A stretch of 64,000 nucleotides of DNA from Thermoprotei archaeon (GTDB taxonomy: Archaea > Thermoproteota > Thermoprotei > Gearchaeales > WAQG01). The stretch is from contig JBMFIF010000002.1 in NCBI GenBank assembly GCA_049976445.1, positions 5,115 to 69,114 of the forward strand, in the 5' to 3' direction. Position numbers and translations under genes: made by a program. This document shows positions 9,368-21,937 of this stretch, piece by piece (the first letter of the stretch is position 1; each line of letters starts with the position of its first letter). Under the pieces are notes generated by a model. It was not told where the DNA came from and searched no databases. It saw nothing but the letters and a program-made list of their open reading frames with translations.

Positions 9368-10051
9368 TCAAATAAAAGGAACTCCATACAATATTGACAT
9401 CAACGCCCTAACTATTATAATCCTCACACCAATCCATGCTGAAATTAACATAAATGTGGCAGCCAGTCTATTAGCACTTAAAATCTCACTTGCAGCATAA
9501 GATTGAAGAACAATACACCAAGTTATCGGTACAACATCAGCAATAAAAACATCTAATATATAATAAACACTATTAGACTGTGCCCATTTAATTAATGCCT
9601 CTTGAAATTGAATAGATAATGGAATACCAGCCTCATAATTGTACTGTATCCTTGGGAGAAAAAGTATTATAATTCCAGAAATTAACCGTCCAAGACCAAG
9701 TAATAACAGCAAATAAAACGAGAACAGCACGAATATCTTATAATACTCGTGCTTTACAGAAACAAGAACAAGAAGCATAGTCGAGAACAATATTAATCCA
9801 GACCCCTCAATAAGATATATAATAAATTCAGAAGAATAATACTGAAAAGTATTACCAAAAATCCCATTAATTTCTATGATCTTCGACGCAGAAGCATACG
9901 ACTTAAACATGGAAAAGAATAGAAATATCATGAAAGCCATCATCGGGCTTAGTAGATCCGGTGCTACTCGTTCTTCCTCCATTAATGCGCGTGGATTATA
10001 AACAATCCTCGCCAACCGCCTTATCATTCGTTTAACGATAATTAATGACAT
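9368..10051 (-). CDS. integral membrane protein (Yip1-like?)
   Basis: 227 aa with 5-6 predicted TM helices; no catalytic motif recognised. Confidence 0.35.
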   Translation of the reverse strand: MSLIIVKRMIRRLARIVYNPRALMEEERVAPDLLSPMMAFMIFLFFSMFKSYASASKIIEINGIFGNTFQYYSSEFIIYLIEGSGLILFSTMLLVLVSVKHEYYKIFVLFSFYLLLLLGLGRLISGIIILFLPRIQYNYEAGIPLSIQFQEALIKWAQSNSVYYILDVFIADVVPITWCIVLQSYAASEILSANRLAATFMLISAWIGVRIIIVRALMSILYGVPFI

Positions 10052-10204
10052 ACATTCTCTTTAATTGTAATTATCGAAGTATAAATAAATTTATTCAACA
10101 AAAATAATACTCCTTTGGTAGCGTTAAGAAAGTAAGCTTAAACATCAAGAATAAATATGTCATTCTCTTTCTTCTTCTAAGGTAAACTTTATTTTGCAGA
10201 GTAA

Positions 10205-10214
10205 GATAAAAATA
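10205..10214 (+). promoter_or_regulatory. TATA-like box for cdc48
   Basis: GATAAAAATA about 20-28 bp upstream of the ATG at 10233. Confidence 0.3.
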
Positions 10215-10226
10215 AGTGGTTAGTGA

Positions 10227-12443
<2,217 letters not shown>

Positions 12444-12476
12444 AAGTATTCTATTTCATTTTATTTAGAAATTATG

Positions 12477-12680
12477 TGCTTTGTTGCATAATTCGTGCAT
12501 GATTTTGTGGAGCGTTTCACACATTCCCCCAAATTTCATGATACTTACTGATGTGGTTTTATGTATGCTAGTTAGGAGTACTCATTAAAATTGTGAGAAA
12601 ACATCATCAAACTCTCAACACACAAGAATCCTATACATAAAAAACACATCAAAAACACATCAGAATTATGCAACAAAGCA
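12477..12680. mobile_element. MITE-like element: 18-bp perfect terminal inverted repeats (TGCTTTGTTGCATAATTC) around about 168 bp of non-coding sequence, flanked by AAATTAT direct repeats
   Basis: IR arms at 12477-12494 and 12663-12680. AAATTAT lies at 12469-12475 and 12681-12687. The interior contains a tandem AAAACACATCA. Confidence 0.4.
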
Positions 12681-12818
12681 AAATTATAAAAAGAATTTCG
12701 TAGAACTTAGTTTGTGAAAATATTCTTAGATAGCAAAATTTTAATATGCTTATCCTGACCTTATTATCATTTTATTATATCTTAAAAATATTTAAGTAGC
12801 GCACCATATTAGTTATCG

Positions 12819-14201
12819 TTGGTGAGGATATTGGATGTTTATGGTAAGAAGCGAAAACGGGTTGTGATAATGGGTGCTGCAGGTCGAGATTTTCATAATT
12901 ATAATATTCTTTATCGTAATAATACAGATTACGAAGTTGTTGCGTTTACTGCAACACAGATACCGGGCATTGCTGGTCGTAAATATCCACCTGAATTAGC
13001 TGGCCCACTTTATCCTCAAGGAATACCTATTATGAGCGAAAATGAATTATCTCAAATAATAAAAAAGTATAATGTTGACGAAGCTGTATTTTCGTACAGT
13101 GATGTGCTTTATAATGACATAATGCATAAATCTTCAATAGTGTTGAGTTCCGGAGCGAACTTTAAGCTGATAGCTCCAGAAAAAACCATGATAAAGTCGA
13201 ATAAACCTGTTATAGCAGTTACTGCTTCGCGTACTGGTGCTGGAAAAAGTACAGTGTCTCGTAAGCTTGTCTCGCTGTTTAAGGAAGAAGGAATACGTAT
13301 TGTAGTTGTGAGACATCCTATGCCTTATGGAGACCTTTTAAATAGTGTTGTTATAAGACTTGAAAAGCTTGAAGATTTAGATAGATTAAATCTAACAATA
13401 GAAGAGAGGGAGGAGTTTGAACATTACATGAAAATGGGTATTGTAGCATATGAAGGTGTTGATTATGAAAAAATACTTAAGAACGCTGAAAGCGAGGCTG
13501 ACATAATTATTTGGGATGGAGGAAATAATGATACACCATTTTATAAGCCAGATCTTTACATAACAGTGGTCGACCCTACCAGACCAGGGCATGAAACGGG
13601 CTCGTATCCTGGAGAAATAAATGTTATGATGGCTGATTTAATAGTAATCAGTAAGATTAATACTGCAAAACCTGATGATGTAGATACTGTAGAGAAAAAT
13701 GTGCGTAAGCTTAATCCTAAGGCTACTATAGTTAAAGCAAAATTTGAAATTTCGGTTGACAACCCTCAAATGATAAAAGGTAAGAAAGTTGTAGTTGTTG
13801 AGGATGGGCCTTCTGTAACGCATGGTCACATGCCCTTTGGAGCTGGTTACATTGCTGCAAAACAATATGGGGCTTCAGAAATTGTTGATCCTAAACCATA
13901 TGCACAAGGCATATTTAAAGAAATCTATGAAATGTATAAACATACAGCCAATGTAGTACCAACAATAGGTTATGGTGCAGAACAAATGAAACAGTTACAA
14001 GAATTCATTAATAAAATACCTGGGGATACAGTAATATTGGGGTCGCCATCAGATATAAGCCGATATCTCAAGTTAAATAAGCCTGTTGTTCATGTAAAAT
14101 ATGAGATGGTTGATGTAGGAGAACCAAACTTCAGCTCTATAATAAAACAATGGATAGCTAAAAAAATTAAGAAAGCAAAATTGATAGCTTCTCAGTCATG
14201 A
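12819..14201 (+). CDS. P-loop protein, possibly cyclic 2,3-diphosphoglycerate synthetase family
   Basis: 460 aa; N-terminal GAAGRDFHNYN-type segment and internal P-loop ASRTGAGKST. Length and layout resemble cDPG synthetase, but the family assignment is from memory only. Confidence 0.35.
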   Translation: MVRILDVYGKKRKRVVIMGAAGRDFHNYNILYRNNTDYEVVAFTATQIPGIAGRKYPPELAGPLYPQGIPIMSENELSQIIKKYNVDEAVFSYSDVLYNDIMHKSSIVLSSGANFKLIAPEKTMIKSNKPVIAVTASRTGAGKSTVSRKLVSLFKEEGIRIVVVRHPMPYGDLLNSVVIRLEKLEDLDRLNLTIEEREEFEHYMKMGIVAYEGVDYEKILKNAESEADIIIWDGGNNDTPFYKPDLYITVVDPTRPGHETGSYPGEINVMMADLIVISKINTAKPDDVDTVEKNVRKLNPKATIVKAKFEISVDNPQMIKGKKVVVVEDGPSVTHGHMPFGAGYIAAKQYGASEIVDPKPYAQGIFKEIYEMYKHTANVVPTIGYGAEQMKQLQEFINKIPGDTVILGSPSDISRYLKLNKPVVHVKYEMVDVGEPNFSSIIKQWIAKKIKKAKLIASQS

Positions 14202-14240
14202 AAATCTCTTTTCGATTGTAATAATTTTTAGTAATTGCTC

Positions 14241-14564
14241 TTAAATTTTTGGTTTGTAAATAGGATTCCTATCATCATGTGCTATAAGCTCTACAGCACC
14301 CTCACTTTCGAGTCTTTTAAGTAACCTTTTTGCCTCCCCCATTTTCACACTAAATTGGCTGGAGATCACCCATGGAGACAAATATTTAAAATTCTTTAAC
14401 TCCGCTTTTACCCTGCCCATCAATGATGTGTCAACGATTGCTGTAGTAGTTTTGCTCTCTTTCTTTGTTTCTTTGACTTCTTTAGCTTTTTTCTCCTTCT
14501 TCATCTGTTCTTTTAGCTGTTCTTTCTCAAGTTGTTTTATACTTTTCTTTCCTTTACCTCCCAT
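14241..14564 (-). CDS. rps25e: ribosomal protein S25e
   Basis: MGGKGKK Lys-rich N-terminus and C-terminal winged-helix segment (YLSPWVISSQFSVKMGEAKRLLKRLESEGAVELI) matching archaeal S25e; 107 aa. Confidence 0.7.
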   Translation of the reverse strand: MGGKGKKSIKQLEKEQLKEQMKKEKKAKEVKETKKESKTTTAIVDTSLMGRVKAELKNFKYLSPWVISSQFSVKMGEAKRLLKRLESEGAVELIAHDDRNPIYKPKI

Positions 14565-14589
14565 ATTACTCCCTTAATTATTTAGACGA

Positions 14590-14994
14590 TCACGTAAATA
14601 AGCTTATTTCTTCATCAGAAAGAGGCGACCATGTACTCTTCATCTCTGAATTTATTACATAATCTCGTATCTCGTTCATTTTAATAAAAACCCACTTGCG
14701 TGCTTTAGTAAACCGTACAGCACCTACAGCTTCTCTTATAGGATAGTAAGAAAAATATTCTAACCAATCATAAAGCCTCTTAACCTGTTCTCTAGGTATT
14801 TTAACGTTATTGTTTTTGGTGGTCTTAACCTCAAAGAATACTATTCTGTTATTTTTTGTGGCGAAACCATCAACGATGGAAGCTGGTATTCTACGTCCTT
14901 TCCAACCAAATTTTGAAAGATATAAAAACAGATCGCGTTCTCCACGCTTACCCTTATATTTTCCGCTTACTTTCTTTAGGCTCCGTTTTTTCAT
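14590..14994 (-). CDS. hjc: Holliday junction resolvase Hjc
   Basis: GERDLFLYLSKFGW...RIPASIVDG...VFFEVKTTK: the nuclease-fold E-x-D-x-EVK pattern of archaeal Hjc/Hje; 134 aa. Confidence 0.7.
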   Translation of the reverse strand: MKKRSLKKVSGKYKGKRGERDLFLYLSKFGWKGRRIPASIVDGFATKNNRIVFFEVKTTKNNNVKIPREQVKRLYDWLEYFSYYPIREAVGAVRFTKARKWVFIKMNEIRDYVINSEMKSTWSPLSDEEISLFT

Positions 14995-15075
14995 GTCAGC
15001 ACTATGTTTAAATAATGCTTAAACTTAAATATTCTTTGTCTTTCAAAGATAAACTAGGTTTAGGTTGGATGCTCT

Positions 15076-18000
15076 ATGGGCAGGATAAATCAACTACCCC
15101 AAAAATATACGCCAGTTAATTATGAGCTAGAGATCTTTGACTTTTGGGATAAAAATAACGTCTATCACAAAGTTGTGGAATCAAGAAAAAATAGACCGAA
15201 ATTTTACTTTCTTGATGGTCCTCCATATGTAACAAACCCTATACATGTGGGAACTGCATGGAACAAAATAATTAAAGATGCATTCCTCAGGTTTTACAGA
15301 ATGAGAGGCTACATGGTTTGGGATAGACCTGGTTATGATATGCACGGATTACCAATAGAAGTTCAAGTCGAAAAAAACCTAGGATTAAAAACTAAGCGCG
15401 ATATTTTAAAACTCGGCGTAGAAAAGTTCGTTAACGAATGCAGGGAATGGGCTTTAAAAAATCTGAAAATACAAGAAAGACAGTTCAAGGAACTGGGAGT
15501 TTGGATGGACTGGGAACACCCTTACAGAACAATAGAAAATGAGTACATAGAAGCAGCATGGCTTTTTATAAAACGAAGTTCAGAAAAAGGATTACTTGAA
15601 CATGGTGAAAAAGTTGTCTTCTGGTGTCCAAGATGCCAAACAGTACTTTCTGGATATGAAGTAACAGAAGAATATAGAGAGGTGAAAGATCCATCAATTT
15701 ACGTAAAATTTAAAGCAAAAGAAATAAACGCAAATCTTCTCATATGGACAACTACGCCGTGGACATTACCTGGTAACGTAGCAGTAATGGTTCACCCAAA
15801 AGAAACTTATGTGAAAGCAAAAGATAAAAAAACTGGAGAAATCCTAATCGTCGCAAAGAAAAGACTTGAACCCATCGAAAAAGAAACTGGGGTAACTTTA
15901 GAAATAATTGATGAATTCCCAGGTTCAAGACTCGAAGGCATTACATATGAACACCCACTTAGAGATCTTATTCCAATACAATCAGACCTAATCCATAAAG
16001 TTGTATTAAGTGAAGAATATGTAAGTATGGAGGAAGGAACTGGCTTAGTTCACTCTGCACCTGGTCATGGTAGAGAAGACTTTGAGGTCGGTATGAGATA
16101 TAAACTCCCCGCACTAAGTCCTGTTGACGATGCTGGAATATTCACACTCGATGCTGGACGTTATTCTGGAATGTACGTTAAAGACGCTGACAAAATAATA
16201 ATCGAGGATTTAAAAAATAAAGGAGCATTATTATATGCTGGCGAAATAATCCACAGGTATCCGCATTGTTGGCGATGTAAAACACCATTGATACAAAGAT
16301 TATCTAAACAGTGGTTTATTACTGTGAGCAAAATTAAGGATGAATTGGTCAAGTTATCAGATCAACCAATATGGGTACCACAATGGGCCCTTGAAACTAG
16401 GTTTAAACCATGGTTACGGAATGCACATGATTGGGCCATATCAAGACAAAGATATTGGGGAATCCCGTTACCAATATGGAAATGTGAATCGTGCGAACAT
16501 AACATAGTAATAGGTTCGCTCGATGAACTAAAGAATTTAGCTATGTCAATACCGAATGAACCAATGGACTTACATAGACCATGGGTTGATAAGGTTACAC
16601 TAAGATGTCCAAAATGCGGTGGTCCAGCAAGAAGAGTACCTGATGTTATCGACGTATGGATAGATTCGGGAGTAGCTCCATGGGCTAGTTTAAAGTATCC
16701 ATCAAAAAAGGAGGATTGGGAATACTTAAAACCAGTCGATTTAGTAATAGAAGGACAAGATCAAATTAGAGGATGGTTTTATTCTCTCTTCACATCTGGA
16801 TATATTACGTGGAACATACCAATCTATCGTAAAGTAATAATGCACGGTTTTGGTCTTGATGAGACAGGTAGAGCAATGCACAAAAGCTTAGGTAATGTAA
16901 TCAATCCTGATGACGTGATTCCAAAGTATGGCCGCGATGCATTAAGATTATTCGAATTATCAAACGTGATATGGGAGGACCTAAGGTTTTCAATGAATGG
17001 TGTAAAAGAAGCATTCAGAACATTAGGCATAATATGGAACACATTCTATTTTGCATCATTATATATGAATCTTGATAAATTTGACCCCATAACGAACAAT
17101 ATAGATCGTTTAGGAAAATATCTACGTAATGAAGATAAATGGTTATTATCAAGATATCAGAAAATCATAAAATATATGACAGAAAGCATGGAAGAAGGTA
17201 GAATACATGACGCTGTCAGGACGATAATAAACTTTCTAGTGGAAGATGTCAGCCGATGGTATGTGAAATTAATAAGAAGAAGAGTTTGGATAGAACCTAA
17301 TGATCCTGATAAACTTGCTGCTTATACAACACTATACACAGTATTGGAAGGATCATTAAGATTACTCGCACCTTATGTGCCGTTTATAACGGAGAAGATT
17401 TATCAATCGATGTTCCGTAATGCACAATCACCACTTAGCGTCCATATGCTAGACTGGCCCTCTCCTCGTGAAGACTTAATAAACGAGAAACTTGAAAGGT
17501 TGATGGATATAGCAAAACAAATCGTAACAGCATCAAGCATGGCAAGACAAACAAAGGGTATGAAATTAAGAAAACCAGTTCAAAGAGTTATAATAGTTTC
17601 TAAACAGAGTGAAGTCTTAGACACCATAGAAACTTATGAGAATATGTTAAAAACACAGATGAATACCAAAAACATCCTCCTGGCACAGAGTGAAGAAGTT
17701 GAGAAAAAATTAAAGACAATAGAAGTCAAACTTAATCTTTCAAAAGCTGGGCCTATACTTAGAGAAAATGTAAATTCAGTAATCGAAGCATTAAAGAATA
17801 TGAACGGGTGGGAAGTATTAGATGTTATAAACAAAAACGGATTCATAGAACTTAGTACTAAAAAAGGTGTAATTAAGCTTGACAAAGAAATGCTCATCTT
17901 TGAGGAAAAAGTTTCTGGTGACTTTGCAGTAGGACAATTCGATGGAGGATGGGTATATGTTGATTTAAGAATACCAAAAGAGCTTGAAGCGGAAGCTTTA

Positions 18001-18294
18001 GCAAGAGAGATAGTAAGGAGAGTACAAACAATGCGAAAACAGCTCAATCTACCAGTAGACGCTTTCATTAAGGTTCACATAGCAGTTCCAAGCCAAGATG
18101 AAACAGAATTACTTCGTAAAACAAGAAAATACATAGCAAGTGAAGTTCGAGCACGAAACCTCAGAATCTCCTTAAGAAAGCCAAGTAAAAAAATGAATCT
18201 AGTACAAGAATGGGAAATAGAAAACGATACGTATATCATTGGAATTTCACTTATAATAGAAAATCCTGCACTCCAAAACAAAGTTGAAGGATAA
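15076..18294 (+). CDS. ileS: isoleucyl-tRNA synthetase
   Basis: Class I HIGH-type motif (PIHVGTAWN), KMSKS-type motif (AMHKSLGN), editing-domain insert, zinc-finger-like WCPRCQT and CPKCGG; 1072 aa, typical of archaeal IleRS. Confidence 0.9.
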   Translation: MGRINQLPQKYTPVNYELEIFDFWDKNNVYHKVVESRKNRPKFYFLDGPPYVTNPIHVGTAWNKIIKDAFLRFYRMRGYMVWDRPGYDMHGLPIEVQVEKNLGLKTKRDILKLGVEKFVNECREWALKNLKIQERQFKELGVWMDWEHPYRTIENEYIEAAWLFIKRSSEKGLLEHGEKVVFWCPRCQTVLSGYEVTEEYREVKDPSIYVKFKAKEINANLLIWTTTPWTLPGNVAVMVHPKETYVKAKDKKTGEILIVAKKRLEPIEKETGVTLEIIDEFPGSRLEGITYEHPLRDLIPIQSDLIHKVVLSEEYVSMEEGTGLVHSAPGHGREDFEVGMRYKLPALSPVDDAGIFTLDAGRYSGMYVKDADKIIIEDLKNKGALLYAGEIIHRYPHCWRCKTPLIQRLSKQWFITVSKIKDELVKLSDQPIWVPQWALETRFKPWLRNAHDWAISRQRYWGIPLPIWKCESCEHNIVIGSLDELKNLAMSIPNEPMDLHRPWVDKVTLRCPKCGGPARRVPDVIDVWIDSGVAPWASLKYPSKKEDWEYLKPVDLVIEGQDQIRGWFYSLFTSGYITWNIPIYRKVIMHGFGLDETGRAMHKSLGNVINPDDVIPKYGRDALRLFELSNVIWEDLRFSMNGVKEAFRTLGIIWNTFYFASLYMNLDKFDPITNNIDRLGKYLRNEDKWLLSRYQKIIKYMTESMEEGRIHDAVRTIINFLVEDVSRWYVKLIRRRVWIEPNDPDKLAAYTTLYTVLEGSLRLLAPYVPFITEKIYQSMFRNAQSPLSVHMLDWPSPREDLINEKLERLMDIAKQIVTASSMARQTKGMKLRKPVQRVIIVSKQSEVLDTIETYENMLKTQMNTKNILLAQSEEVEKKLKTIEVKLNLSKAGPILRENVNSVIEALKNMNGWEVLDVINKNGFIELSTKKGVIKLDKEMLIFEEKVSGDFAVGQFDGGWVYVDLRIPKELEAEALAREIVRRVQTMRKQLNLPVDAFIKVHIAVPSQDETELLRKTRKYIASEVRARNLRISLRKPSKKMNLVQEWEIENDTYIIGISLIIENPALQNKVEG

Positions 18295-18327
18295 TTTTTT
18301 ATTTTTATAAAAACATATTCAAGACAA

Positions 18328-18951
18328 ATGCTAAATGATTTAATAAGAAAAATACTTTGGGACCTAGCGCTAAAAAGAACTTTAAACAAAAATGACCTAG
18401 AAACATTAGGAATAACTGATGAAAACAACCCGGCATTAATAATAAGCACAGCATTAAGAAACGGATTCCAACTTAACGAAATATTAGAAATATTAACATG
18501 GCAAAATTTTGAACTTATAGTAGCTGGAGTTTATGAACTAAATAATTTCACTACAATAAGAAACTTTCACTTCATGTCGCAAAATAAAAGAAATGAAATT
18601 GATATTATAGCAATCAGAGACAAATATGTTCACGTGATAGAGTGCAAGCATTGGATAAGAACTAGAATATCAAGCAATATATCACGTATTGTGAATAACC
18701 ATTTATCAAAAACACTACTCTTCAAAAACATTGCAGAAAAAATTTTAGCGCCATTAACCATAAACAAATCAATGATGATATTAATACCAGTAATAGTCAT
18801 ACCACCAAAAAGTGTGCCAGAAAACGTTTCAGGTATTCCAATTGTAACATTGTACCAATTACAAGATTTCATAAACAAATTTGAGGATTATATAGATGAA
18901 ATCGAACATATACCAATAAAAATTACAAAAGATGAGAGCCTTGTCCTTTAG
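18328..18951 (+). CDS. PD-(D/E)xK nuclease-fold protein
   Basis: DIIAIRDKYVHVIECKHW matches the D...E-x-K restriction-endonuclease-like core; 207 aa. Confidence 0.4.
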   Translation: MLNDLIRKILWDLALKRTLNKNDLETLGITDENNPALIISTALRNGFQLNEILEILTWQNFELIVAGVYELNNFTTIRNFHFMSQNKRNEIDIIAIRDKYVHVIECKHWIRTRISSNISRIVNNHLSKTLLFKNIAEKILAPLTINKSMMILIPVIVIPPKSVPENVSGIPIVTLYQLQDFINKFEDYIDEIEHIPIKITKDESLVL

Positions 18952-18985
18952 GGCAATGAAGTATTGTAAAAATGAACGAATAACT

Positions 18986-19738
18986 TTATTCACGTTTTGA
19001 CCATTGCAATAGCAAATTCTGTATAAAAACTTGAGAATCCTTTTTAGTGAAGTCTATACTATACCTTGCTAACTTAATTCTAACAGCATGCACGATACTT
19101 CCTGTTAACTGATTTACTCCTTCTTTAACATACTGCTCTCTAATTACAACAGTTCCAAATTTTTCCCAACTATCGATCGAATTAATGTCAATACCTAAAG
19201 TATATAATTTAGAAACGATTTCTGGTCCCTTAACATTAGTTAAATCTTCATGGATGTATGCTTGTGCATATGAGTTCAAAAAATTTCTATATGAATGTGC
19301 TGATCTCCATATTAAATAATTTATTATATCGTTTATACCATCAACCTTAACAATACGTCCATCAAAACCGATAGATCTTTTAGTAAGATCTTCTATTTTG
19401 TTAGCAAAGATTGATGCTGTATACGATGCTGTTATGGTAAGCAATTTCTCAACTCTACCATTAAAAGGAACATTGCCCAAGTATAAGTAATTTATTTCGT
19501 CAGAGAATGTATAAGCAAGAACTACATTAAAACCAATATTTCTCATGAAATCCTCAACCACTTGTATCATCAGTTCGTGAAAGCGTTTATCGAATGGTTT
19601 TTTAAGATTAAGATCTTTAGCCAATTTATGAAAATTATTACCATCAACTCTTATTATAAATGGTGCATCTACACGTAATCCACTAAATATTTCTTTAGAC
19701 CTAAAATATTGTTCTAAATAATTAAAATCAATTGTCAC
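18986..19738 (-). CDS. thg1: tRNA(His) guanylyltransferase Thg1-like
   Basis: 250 aa with the Thg1 signature IIRVDGNNFHKL near the N-terminus. Confidence 0.55.
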   Translation of the reverse strand: MTIDFNYLEQYFRSKEIFSGLRVDAPFIIRVDGNNFHKLAKDLNLKKPFDKRFHELMIQVVEDFMRNIGFNVVLAYTFSDEINYLYLGNVPFNGRVEKLLTITASYTASIFANKIEDLTKRSIGFDGRIVKVDGINDIINYLIWRSAHSYRNFLNSYAQAYIHEDLTNVKGPEIVSKLYTLGIDINSIDSWEKFGTVVIREQYVKEGVNQLTGSIVHAVRIKLARYSIDFTKKDSQVFIQNLLLQWSKRE

Positions 19739-19806
19739 AAAAATATTTACTCACTTCATCGATATTAATTTATTATAGTAGGTAGTAATATTGTTGTGAT
19801 TAGCTA

Positions 19807-20748
19807 ATGTATCAGGTGAAAATAATTAGTATCAATGAAAAGGATGAGATGGTCCAGAATTATCCGTCCAGAATACTTTATGAAGAAAAAGCTGATATAT
19901 ATGGTGTAGCTGTAAAACTTCTTACTGATTTAGATTGGGTTGACGAAAATTGGAGACGCAACTTCTATGCAATGTCAGATAGAATACGAAGTCATGCAAG
20001 ACTTTATGTCACGTTTAACAAGGAATATCCAGAGAATAGTGTATATTATGACCCTTTCACAAAGACAGCTTTCCTTTTTAACTTTGACTATTATGGTTGG
20101 ATTAAATCAATAGCATTAAGTTTAGCAGGTGATGTGTTGGAAGATGAACATGGAATATATTCAATACATGGCGCGTGTGTTGATGTAGATGGTTTAGGAG
20201 TAGTAATACTTGGGGCTTCTGGTGCAGGTAAGACAACACACACTTATGGTTTAATGAGAAGGGAAAAAGTTAGAGTAATAGCCGACGATTGGTTCTTCGT
20301 AAGAGGTGAAGAAAACCTTTTAGCATTCAGTAGTGAGAAGAATTTCTATATAAGAGCTGATATTGCCTCAATATGGCCTGAATATAAAATGCTAGTTGAA
20401 AAAGCTCAATTTGATAATAAAGGAAGAGCAATAGTGGATCTTCGATGGGTTGTCGGTAAGTATCGAATCCTACCTTTCACAACACTTAAGAAAACAATCA
20501 TCCTAATTAGAGATCAAAATGAACCAAGAATAATCATAAGGCCTTCATCAGATGATGCATTACAGCTATTAAAAGCTCAAGGATACGGTAATCCTCATTT
20601 CTTAGTTAACGATGAGAGAAAACAACGTATAAGAGAAGCATTTTTCAGAAAATTACTCAACATGACTGACGTATACATAGTCAATACAAGAAAAACTCCA
20701 GAGGAAACACAATCAGAGATAGCTAAAATTCTCAATTTAACCATCTAA
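19807..20748 (+). CDS. HPr-kinase C-domain-like P-loop protein (putative Ser/Thr kinase)
   Basis: IHGACVDVDGLGVVILGASGAGKTT closely resembles the HprK Walker-A/capping region; 313 aa with an unrelated N-terminal region. Confidence 0.45.
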   Translation: MYQVKIISINEKDEMVQNYPSRILYEEKADIYGVAVKLLTDLDWVDENWRRNFYAMSDRIRSHARLYVTFNKEYPENSVYYDPFTKTAFLFNFDYYGWIKSIALSLAGDVLEDEHGIYSIHGACVDVDGLGVVILGASGAGKTTHTYGLMRREKVRVIADDWFFVRGEENLLAFSSEKNFYIRADIASIWPEYKMLVEKAQFDNKGRAIVDLRWVVGKYRILPFTTLKKTIILIRDQNEPRIIIRPSSDDALQLLKAQGYGNPHFLVNDERKQRIREAFFRKLLNMTDVYIVNTRKTPEETQSEIAKILNLTI

Positions 20749-21738
20749 AGGACTCGCTTTTATATTAAGCTTCCTATTAATGTATCCTGCTAACTCAGAA
20801 GAGAAACCATATAATGTATAAACCATCTTTGGCCTAGACTCCTCAACATACTTCAGCAATCCCTTAAAATCAGAATGAGAACTTAACGGAAAATACTGTA
20901 AACCATTGTTAGAATTATGATAGTTCAAAGACCAACCAGTACATACTGACCCAACTGCCTTACCAATACTTTTTGAATTTATCATACTAACAATTTTAGA
21001 CACTTCTGATGTCGCAGCAATGATGAGCTCGCCACCATCAAAGACAGACTTTATTTTGTGTTCAATCAGCTCATAATCAAGTTTAAACTTATGTTTATCG
21101 AACACTTTATTAATATTATAAATTCTTTCGGTAACAACCACTCTGCCAAATTCTTTATTAAAAAGATATGTAAGTTCCTGAGCTTTACCTAATGGATACA
21201 CACCAATAACAACTGTACGTCCATCCTTAATATTAGCAGCAACCCATGATAATATTTTTTCATAAATAAAAGAACGTGGAGGAAAAATATAATCCGGACG
21301 ACCATATGTACTCTCAATTATTAATACATCAAGATCTTTCATTATGTATGCAGGATCATCAACGATAGAACCGTAAATATTAAAATCACCAGTATAACCG
21401 ATTCTTAAATTATAAAACTCCAATAAAAATTCTAACGAACCTAAAACATGACCAGCATTATAAGCCTCTACGATAATATCATCATAACTCTTAAAATCGT
21501 TTGGCCGAATAGTACTAACACCTCGGCGCATCTTCCTAACCCTTTGGAAGACTATATCCATAGTAGGAGGAGATAACAATAATACAGAATTGTCATTACC
21601 GTTAACACCTTTAACATGGTCAGAATGAGCATGTGAGATTAAAATCAAGTCACCACTAAACCCTTGCATCGAATCAAAAACAATCCGTTTGCCGCTTAAC
21701 TCCAATAACAACTTTCCATTGTACTCAAGCCTATACAC
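20737..21738 (-). CDS. metallo-beta-lactamase fold nuclease, beta-CASP family (small)
   Basis: HAHSDHVKG (HxHxDH), a later D/H motif and a C-terminal SHSDF...VYTLYGFSSE resembling beta-CASP motif C; 333 aa. Confidence 0.5.
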   Translation of the reverse strand: MYRLEYNGKLLLELSGKRIVFDSMQGFSGDLILISHAHSDHVKGVNGNDNSVLLLSPPTMDIVFQRVRKMRRGVSTIRPNDFKSYDDIIVEAYNAGHVLGSLEFLLEFYNLRIGYTGDFNIYGSIVDDPAYIMKDLDVLIIESTYGRPDYIFPPRSFIYEKILSWVAANIKDGRTVVIGVYPLGKAQELTYLFNKEFGRVVVTERIYNINKVFDKHKFKLDYELIEHKIKSVFDGGELIIAATSEVSKIVSMINSKSIGKAVGSVCTGWSLNYHNSNNGLQYFPLSSHSDFKGLLKYVEESRPKMVYTLYGFSSELAGYINRKLNIKASPLDG

Positions 21739-21937
21739 GCGTTATATCCTCCCTTAACAAATATTTAGCATAATAATCTAAAAAACTTATCGAAGAATTA
21801 ACTTTCATTATAGACTCTAGAAATGAAAAATGAGAGAACAATAAACATTTAAAGATTAGATCATCGCACATTTTTGCTAATTATTAAATACACTAGAATA
21901 TATAACCTCATCAGACGAATAAAACTTGGTGTAAAAA

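Noticed and set aside
16161-18449. Minus-strand ORFs inside and just after ileS (63, 72, 144, 124 aa)
   Set aside because: Shadow frames within a confidently identified synthetase gene; no motifs.
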